Positions 58,691-64,000 of a stretch of DNA of 64,000 bases are shown piece after piece. The notes under the pieces were generated by a model, which had not been told where the DNA came from, searched no databases, and worked only from the letters and a program-made list of their open reading frames with translations. This DNA comes from a virus (Duplodnaviria; Caudoviricetes), in the IMG/VR virus record IMGVR_UViG_3300032030_000075, positions 3,187 through 67,186 of that record; one strand, written 5' to 3'. A program made the position numbers and the translations under genes. Every line of letters begins with the position of its first letter. Positions within the stretch are counted from its first letter, which is position 1.

Positions 58691-59911
58691 ATGAACAAAA
58701 AAATAAAGATGTTAGTTGTGCCTAGTGACACACATGGCTGTGGCCTTTTTAGGTCAGTAGCGCCTCATACTTATATTCAAGAGCATTATCCTGATGAATT
58801 TGATGTTGATATTGTATACCATTTGCCAAAGGAAAATCTTGACACTTATTTATCACAATATGATTTGATTCATATTCATAAACAGTTGGATAGAAATTGT
58901 GAAATAATGAAGATGATTAAGTTTCTTGGAATTCCTGTAATATTGGATATTGATGACCATTATTTATTGGGAAATGACCACCCAATGTCATTAACGGCAA
59001 AGAAAGAAAGGTGGCATGAGCCTATTATAGAACACTTAAAATTGGCAGATTGTGTTACAACAACAACTCCAATATTTGCTGACGTATTGAAAAAGCACAA
59101 TAAAAACGTATTTGTATTTCCAAATGCAATTGACCCAACAGAAAAACAGTATATTCAAACAAAAACAAAGTCTGACATGTTAAGGGTTGGCCTTATTTGT
59201 GGTTCTTCTCACTTGAAAGACATTGAATTATTGGGGGATTTGATAAGCAGAACGCCAAGTAACGTACAAATTGTCTTATGCGGATTTGATACAAATGGTA
59301 CAATTACAACATATAATCAACAGACTGGAGAAAAAACGCAAAGACCAATTAAACCTGAAGAAAGTGTATGGTATACATATGAAAAAATTATAACAGGTAA
59401 TTATAAAACTCTTTCTGATGAACATAAGGATTTCTTATCAAAGTTTATGAAGGGGGTTGATGACCCATTTGTAAATGAAAGGTATAGAAGAATGTGGACA
59501 AGGGATATTAGCAAATATGCAACGCACTATGAGAATGTTGATGTGCTTCTATGCCCATTGAAGGAGAACGAATTCAATAAAGTAAAGAGTGAATTGAAGT
59601 TTGTTGAGGCCGGATTTACCAATACTGCTGTAATTGCGCAAAATTTCGGAGCGTATACAATAGGTTCTGTTCCGATGATTGAATTTGGAGGTAAAATAAA
59701 CGAAAATGGTAACTGTTTATTGGTAAATTCAAGCAAAAATCATAAAGATTGGACAAAATATATCACAAAACTTGCAGAAAATCCTGACATGGTTAAAAAA
59801 TTACAAAAGAATATGCATGATTATATCGTAAAAGAGTATTCGATGGAAAAGGTTTGCAAAGACAGGGTTGAACTTTACAGAAAATTGGTAGATAAATCTG
59901 TTCATAGTTAA
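58691..59911 (+). CDS. GT-B (GT4-like) glycosyltransferase
   Basis: GCGLFR...ILDIDD...ADCVTTTT...FPNAID...DVLLCPL..NEFNKVKSELKFVEAG. Confidence 0.85.
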   Translation: MNKKIKMLVVPSDTHGCGLFRSVAPHTYIQEHYPDEFDVDIVYHLPKENLDTYLSQYDLIHIHKQLDRNCEIMKMIKFLGIPVILDIDDHYLLGNDHPMSLTAKKERWHEPIIEHLKLADCVTTTTPIFADVLKKHNKNVFVFPNAIDPTEKQYIQTKTKSDMLRVGLICGSSHLKDIELLGDLISRTPSNVQIVLCGFDTNGTITTYNQQTGEKTQRPIKPEESVWYTYEKIITGNYKTLSDEHKDFLSKFMKGVDDPFVNERYRRMWTRDISKYATHYENVDVLLCPLKENEFNKVKSELKFVEAGFTNTAVIAQNFGAYTIGSVPMIEFGGKINENGNCLLVNSSKNHKDWTKYITKLAENPDMVKKLQKNMHDYIVKEYSMEKVCKDRVELYRKLVDKSVHS

Positions 59912-60027
59912 GATATTTTCAAAAAAGAGTGGTTTTTTTAAAAAATTGCTCTTTTTTTTATTTTTTATTAATTTTTTTTGTATATTTGTATTGAAAATAT
60001 TATGTTTTATTTTTAAAAAATACAATT

Positions 60028-60600
60028 ATGGTAGATAAATTAAAAAACTATGAACTTTATTTGAAAAAGTTAAATCAACTTGGAATTGAAACTGATAAAT
60101 TGGCTGAAAAATTTGGAGAAAAGATAGCCGAAGCCACATTTAGCAACAATGATTCCAATGGGTTAGCGTTTGATGGCGCATTAATAAACACAATTCTTTA
60201 TAAACTTACCCCGTATGCCATTAAAATCAATGAAATGTTTCAAAAAGAGATACAGGTAGATAAAAATTCGCTTGTAAAAGTATGTTTATTACATCAAATT
60301 GCAAAGGCAATAAGATTGGAAAAGAATGACAATGAATGGGAAATTAAAAATCGTGGCATAATTTACAAATATGCAGCAAATCAACCGTCAATCAGAACAG
60401 GCTTACATTCACTTATAATGGCAACCAATTGTGGAATATTATTCACAGCAGAAGAAGCAGAAGCAATGACTGTTAATGACAGGGATTTAAGTGATGACCA
60501 AGCAAGATGGCACTCAAGCCTAATGGCATCAATTGTAAGGCAAGCCAATGAAATGGTTTACCTTGAAGCAAATAACACACCAAAAGAAACAACAGAATAA
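60028..60600 (+). CDS. Degenerate HD-domain-like protein
   Basis: AFDGALI...SLVKVCLLHQIAK...L.AEEAEAM...ASIVRQAN layout matches HD hydrolases, but HD is replaced by HQ. Confidence 0.55.
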   Translation: MVDKLKNYELYLKKLNQLGIETDKLAEKFGEKIAEATFSNNDSNGLAFDGALINTILYKLTPYAIKINEMFQKEIQVDKNSLVKVCLLHQIAKAIRLEKNDNEWEIKNRGIIYKYAANQPSIRTGLHSLIMATNCGILFTAEEAEAMTVNDRDLSDDQARWHSSLMASIVRQANEMVYLEANNTPKETTE

Positions 60601-61367
60601 TGGCAGCATATAAAAAAGAAACAGTGAATGATATTTTCAGAAAAATCAATAATTTAAACGAAATGTCTGATAAATCTAAAAATGATGACGAAAAATTAAC
60701 AAAACATATCATCACAAAAATAACACCAACAATAGATGGCGAAGAAAGAGAAGCATTAGACGATAGAAAAGATTTTATTACGTATGCTAAGGAAGCAATT
60801 GGAATAATCCCATTAGATATTAAGTTTAAAAAACTTGATGAAAAGGCTGTAATACCAACATATGCTCATGATGGTGATGTTGGAATGGATTTGACAGCAA
60901 TTGACGTAGAGTACGATTCTAAAAATGATTGTTACGTTTATCATACAGGATTAACATTTGAAACTGATAAACATTATGGAATTTTCTTATTTCCAAGAAG
61001 TTCTAACAGAAAAACAGAAGCATATTTAGCAAACCATGTAGGAATTGATGATTCAGCAATTTATCGTGGAGAAATAATGCTTTGTTTCAAAAATAGAACA
61101 TCATTAAGGCAGTATGCTTTTGAAGGCAGAATGATAACATTTTGGAAAGCTATTGAAGAAGGTAAAAGCGTAGAGGAAGCAACAAAAGAAAGCGTAGGTG
61201 CATGGATGGAAGCGATGAATAATCCAATGTTATTTGCACCTTACAAAGTTGGCGATAGAGTAGCACAAATGGTTGCGTTACCTTACCCAAATGTTAAGTT
61301 GAACGAAAGACAAGAATTGTCAAAAACAGAAAGGGGAGAAAATGGTTTTGGTTCTACTGGTTCTTAA
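60600..61367 (+). CDS. dut: Trimeric dUTPase
   Basis: GDVGMDL, PRSS, GIDDSAIYRGE, RVAQM, RGENGFGSTG motifs I-V. Confidence 0.93.
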   Translation: MAAYKKETVNDIFRKINNLNEMSDKSKNDDEKLTKHIITKITPTIDGEEREALDDRKDFITYAKEAIGIIPLDIKFKKLDEKAVIPTYAHDGDVGMDLTAIDVEYDSKNDCYVYHTGLTFETDKHYGIFLFPRSSNRKTEAYLANHVGIDDSAIYRGEIMLCFKNRTSLRQYAFEGRMITFWKAIEEGKSVEEATKESVGAWMEAMNNPMLFAPYKVGDRVAQMVALPYPNVKLNERQELSKTERGENGFGSTGS

Positions 61368-62561
61368 ATGTATAAAGTTATGGGAAAAATAAAAGAAAAT
61401 TTGATGAAATATAGTTATAATGATATTATGGTCAAGCCGGCCATATTATCAACAATAGAACATAGAGCAGAATGTAATCCTTATGACGAAAGTGGAATGC
61501 TACCATTATTTACTGCACCTATGGATAGCGTTGTTAATATTGATAACTTCGAACTATTTTTGGAAAATAAAATTATACCAATATTGCCAAGAACAGAAAC
61601 TTTAAATGATAGACTAAAATTTGTTGAAATTGGAAGGTGGGCAGCGTTTTCATTGGATGAGTTTGAAAATAATTTTACAAAATCAGTTGATTCGAAAAAA
61701 TATGTATATCCATTACATATACTAATTGATATTGCAAATGGACATGTAGCAAAACTATATCAATCAGTTAGAGCAGCAAAGGGTATATTTGGAAATTCGC
61801 TAATTATAATGGTTGGAAACATTGCAAACCCAGAAACGTATAGGGCTTGCGTTGAAAGCCAAGTAGACTATGTAAGGTGTTCAGTTGGAACAGGTGCAGG
61901 GTGCATAACATCAAGCAATACGGCGATAGGATACCCAATCGCTTCACTTATTTCAGAAATTGCTGAGATTAAGAAGGAATTTATTGAAAGAGGTGCCGAT
62001 AAGTCAAAACTCACCAAAATTATTGCTGATGGCGGAATAAGAAATTATTCAGACGTTATAAAAGCTTTAGCATTAGGTGCTGATTACGTTATGGTTGGTA
62101 GTGTGTTTTCAAGAATGATGGAATCTGCTGCTGTTAAATTAATGGATAGAGGAACGACAGATAAAAAGATTAACTTAAGATTTCCAATTGAAAATTATGA
62201 AAACCTTAAATTCGAAAACGGCTTATGGACAGGAGAATACACTGATGAATTTATAAAACACTTGGCTAAAGGCGGAAGAAATGTTGAAAAAGAAACAAAA
62301 AACATTGGCGAGATATATGCCAAATTCTATGGTATGGCTTCAAAGGCCGGACAGATTGCAATGAAAGGCAAAAAGGTTCATACAAGCGAAGGGATTGAGA
62401 AATTAATTCCGGTAACATATACAATGAAAACTTGGGTTGAAAATATGACAGATTATTTAAGGTCTGCAATGAGTTATACAAATTCAAGAACACTTGATGA
62501 ATTAAGGGAAGCACAAGTTGTTTTAATTTCAATGAACACTTATAATTCAATTAATAAATAA
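61368..62561 (+). CDS. IMP dehydrogenase / GMP reductase family enzyme
   Basis: TAPMDSV, IDIANGH, VGTGAGCIT catalytic Cys loop, IIADGGI, ALGADYVMVG, FYGMAS, SEG, LRSAMSY. Confidence 0.9.
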   Translation: MYKVMGKIKENLMKYSYNDIMVKPAILSTIEHRAECNPYDESGMLPLFTAPMDSVVNIDNFELFLENKIIPILPRTETLNDRLKFVEIGRWAAFSLDEFENNFTKSVDSKKYVYPLHILIDIANGHVAKLYQSVRAAKGIFGNSLIIMVGNIANPETYRACVESQVDYVRCSVGTGAGCITSSNTAIGYPIASLISEIAEIKKEFIERGADKSKLTKIIADGGIRNYSDVIKALALGADYVMVGSVFSRMMESAAVKLMDRGTTDKKINLRFPIENYENLKFENGLWTGEYTDEFIKHLAKGGRNVEKETKNIGEIYAKFYGMASKAGQIAMKGKKVHTSEGIEKLIPVTYTMKTWVENMTDYLRSAMSYTNSRTLDELREAQVVLISMNTYNSINK

Positions 62562-62566
62562 CTTAA

Positions 62567-62596
62567 ATGGGTGAGATAAACTCTCACCCATTTTTT
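62567..62596. terminator. Bidirectional intrinsic terminator
   Basis: ATGGGTGAGA-taaac-TCTCACCCAT with T-tract. Confidence 0.8.
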
Positions 62597-62601
62597 ATAT
62601 T

Positions 62602-63816
62602 TTAATCCTTCTTAACCGTATATACGGTATGCTCTGCGTCATCTTCCACTACTGTTGATACTTCAACGTGGTAGCCTTCAGCCAAGAAACTTGTATGTTC
62701 TCCTTCTGCCGTATTATCACTTGGGTTGAAGTCATAGAACTTACCTCCTGTTACAATTATTTTAGCTGTTCCATTCTTATAATTTGCGTCATAACAATTC
62801 AAAAGATATTGAGAGCCATTATTCTTAAACGTACCGTTGGAAATGTTAATAGTCCCAGAATAACAATAAACTAATTCACCGCCACTTCTATCGGTTTGAT
62901 ATGTGGTTGTTGAACCTGTGAGATTAATTACAGAATCCTTACCATTTGCTTCAATACAAACACCTTGTCCTGCATCTATAATACCTTTACCACCTATTGT
63001 GATATTCTGCGTTCCTCTTGACATTATAGCAGGCTGCGTTGAACTCGTTGTTAAACCACTTATTGTTAAGTTATGACCATTAATATTAAGCTTAACAGAA
63101 TTTGATGCCATAACACCAGGTCCGAACCTTCCACTTACAACATCTTCACTTAACTTAACAGTACCATTGTTATTCATAAGGGTATTAAAAGATTTTCCTT
63201 CACCTGGAAGATTATACGTTACGTTTCCACCAATATCGCCAACAATCTTCTTCAAATTGTAAATCTCATCTTCCTTCTCTTTCAGCAATGCATCAACTTC
63301 AGTTTTATTATAATATAACTGAGGGCCGAATATTTCAGTTAATGGAATGTAAATATCTTCTATGCCGCTATCAGTGTTGAAATCAATAATAAGGTTTCCA
63401 TCCTCAACCCTTACATCACTTATCATGCCATCTTTTAAAAAAGGAGTAGCATCAATTGAGTCAATGTATGTTGTGCCATGATAAAACACTATGGAATGAT
63501 TTACACCATCACTCTCATATTCAACACCATCAATATAATTTGACACATCAGGAATCTCACTCTTATCTGCCTTTTCAGATATTAATGATTCCATCCTTTC
63601 GTTATCAAACACCGTTAATGATTCCTCACCATTTAAAGCATACTTATAGCCCACTATTGTTCTAACCTTGTCGCCACTAGAACGATAACGAGCCAATATT
63701 GCTTCACCATCATTTGCCTTGCTTCCATTTGCGTTTATCTGAGATTCAGCTTCAGAATGGTTTGCAAATAAATTCTTATTACGTAAGAATAATACACTCT
63801 CAAAATTCTTGTCCAT
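62602..63816 (-). CDS. Putative fibre / adhesin-like virion protein with beta-helix-like C-terminus
   Basis: IDATPFLKDGMISDV fibre-type segment; Gly/Asn/Thr-rich INISNGTF, IIVTGGKFYDFNP repeats; TATTTAT at 63838-63844. Confidence 0.55.
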   Translation of the reverse strand: MDKNFESVLFLRNKNLFANHSEAESQINANGSKANDGEAILARYRSSGDKVRTIVGYKYALNGEESLTVFDNERMESLISEKADKSEIPDVSNYIDGVEYESDGVNHSIVFYHGTTYIDSIDATPFLKDGMISDVRVEDGNLIIDFNTDSGIEDIYIPLTEIFGPQLYYNKTEVDALLKEKEDEIYNLKKIVGDIGGNVTYNLPGEGKSFNTLMNNNGTVKLSEDVVSGRFGPGVMASNSVKLNINGHNLTISGLTTSSTQPAIMSRGTQNITIGGKGIIDAGQGVCIEANGKDSVINLTGSTTTYQTDRSGGELVYCYSGTINISNGTFKNNGSQYLLNCYDANYKNGTAKIIVTGGKFYDFNPSDNTAEGEHTSFLAEGYHVEVSTVVEDDAEHTVYTVKKD

Positions 63817-63910
63817 AAATTACAAACTATTTTATATATAAATATTTTAAATGACATGAAAAATGCAGCCATTTCTGACTGCATTTTATAAATTATGATT
63901 TTAATTTCAC

Positions 63911-64000
63911 TTATGCAAAGTTCAATGTCAAACCATTTGCAACTGGGTCTGTGATTGCGCCACCGCCACCAACGTTGTAAAGGTAGAATACCTGGTTCTT
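63911..64000 (-). CDS. 3' end of a gene entering from the right edge
   Basis: KNQVFYLYNVGGGGAITDPVANGLTLNFA* followed by hairpin 63859-63888. Confidence 0.65.
   Translation of the reverse strand, partial: KNQVFYLYNVGGGGAITDPVANGLTLNFA

Noticed and set aside
60028-61367. Modified-base (Z-genome or dU-DNA) pathway suggested by HD protein and nucleotide enzymes
   Set aside because: No PurZ or base-modifying synthase in the window, the HD motif is degenerate, and an intact dUTPase argues against uracil-DNA
45542-63816. Diversity-generating retroelement acting on fibre genes
   Set aside because: No reverse transcriptase and no template/variable repeat pair differing at adenines was seen
1-64000. 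Stop-codon reassignment (TAG=Gln) as in Lak-type megaphages
   Set aside because: ORFs of 1000-2200 aa are uninterrupted in the standard code, and TAG terminates several genes at terminators (e.g. 30740, 58498)

Overview
AT-rich 64 kb segment of a large (jumbo-type) contractile-tailed phage genome read in the standard genetic code. The host is most likely a Bacteroidota member, since TAnnTTTG promoters precede the replication and metabolism genes. The window holds tail and baseplate genes (sheath, tube, tape measure, a hub protein with two cell-wall hydrolase domains, neck and fibre-like proteins), a family B DNA polymerase, a SNF2-type helicase, an AAA ATPase, dUTPase, an IMPDH/GMP-reductase-family enzyme, two glycosyltransferases and homing-endonuclease-like genes or remnants. 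The strongest unexplained signal is a family of about a dozen otherwise unrelated proteins sharing a short helical tag (I-x-L-T-E-S-D-L-x-x-I-I-K-E-S-V-x-x-I-L-x-E and shorter variants). The tag is fused to diverse cargo (kinase-like, PRTase, WYL, DUF3008-like and unknown domains), and the genes sit downstream of a phage-specific TATTTAT motif, suggesting a modular capsid-packaged effector system. Also noted: a 27-28 bp repeat bordering accessory segments, a self-contained small-peptide RNA locus resembling a type I toxin, a candidate +1 frameshift before the tape measure gene, and a hidden tail-tube paralog. All protein family calls are by visual motif recognition; no searches were run.
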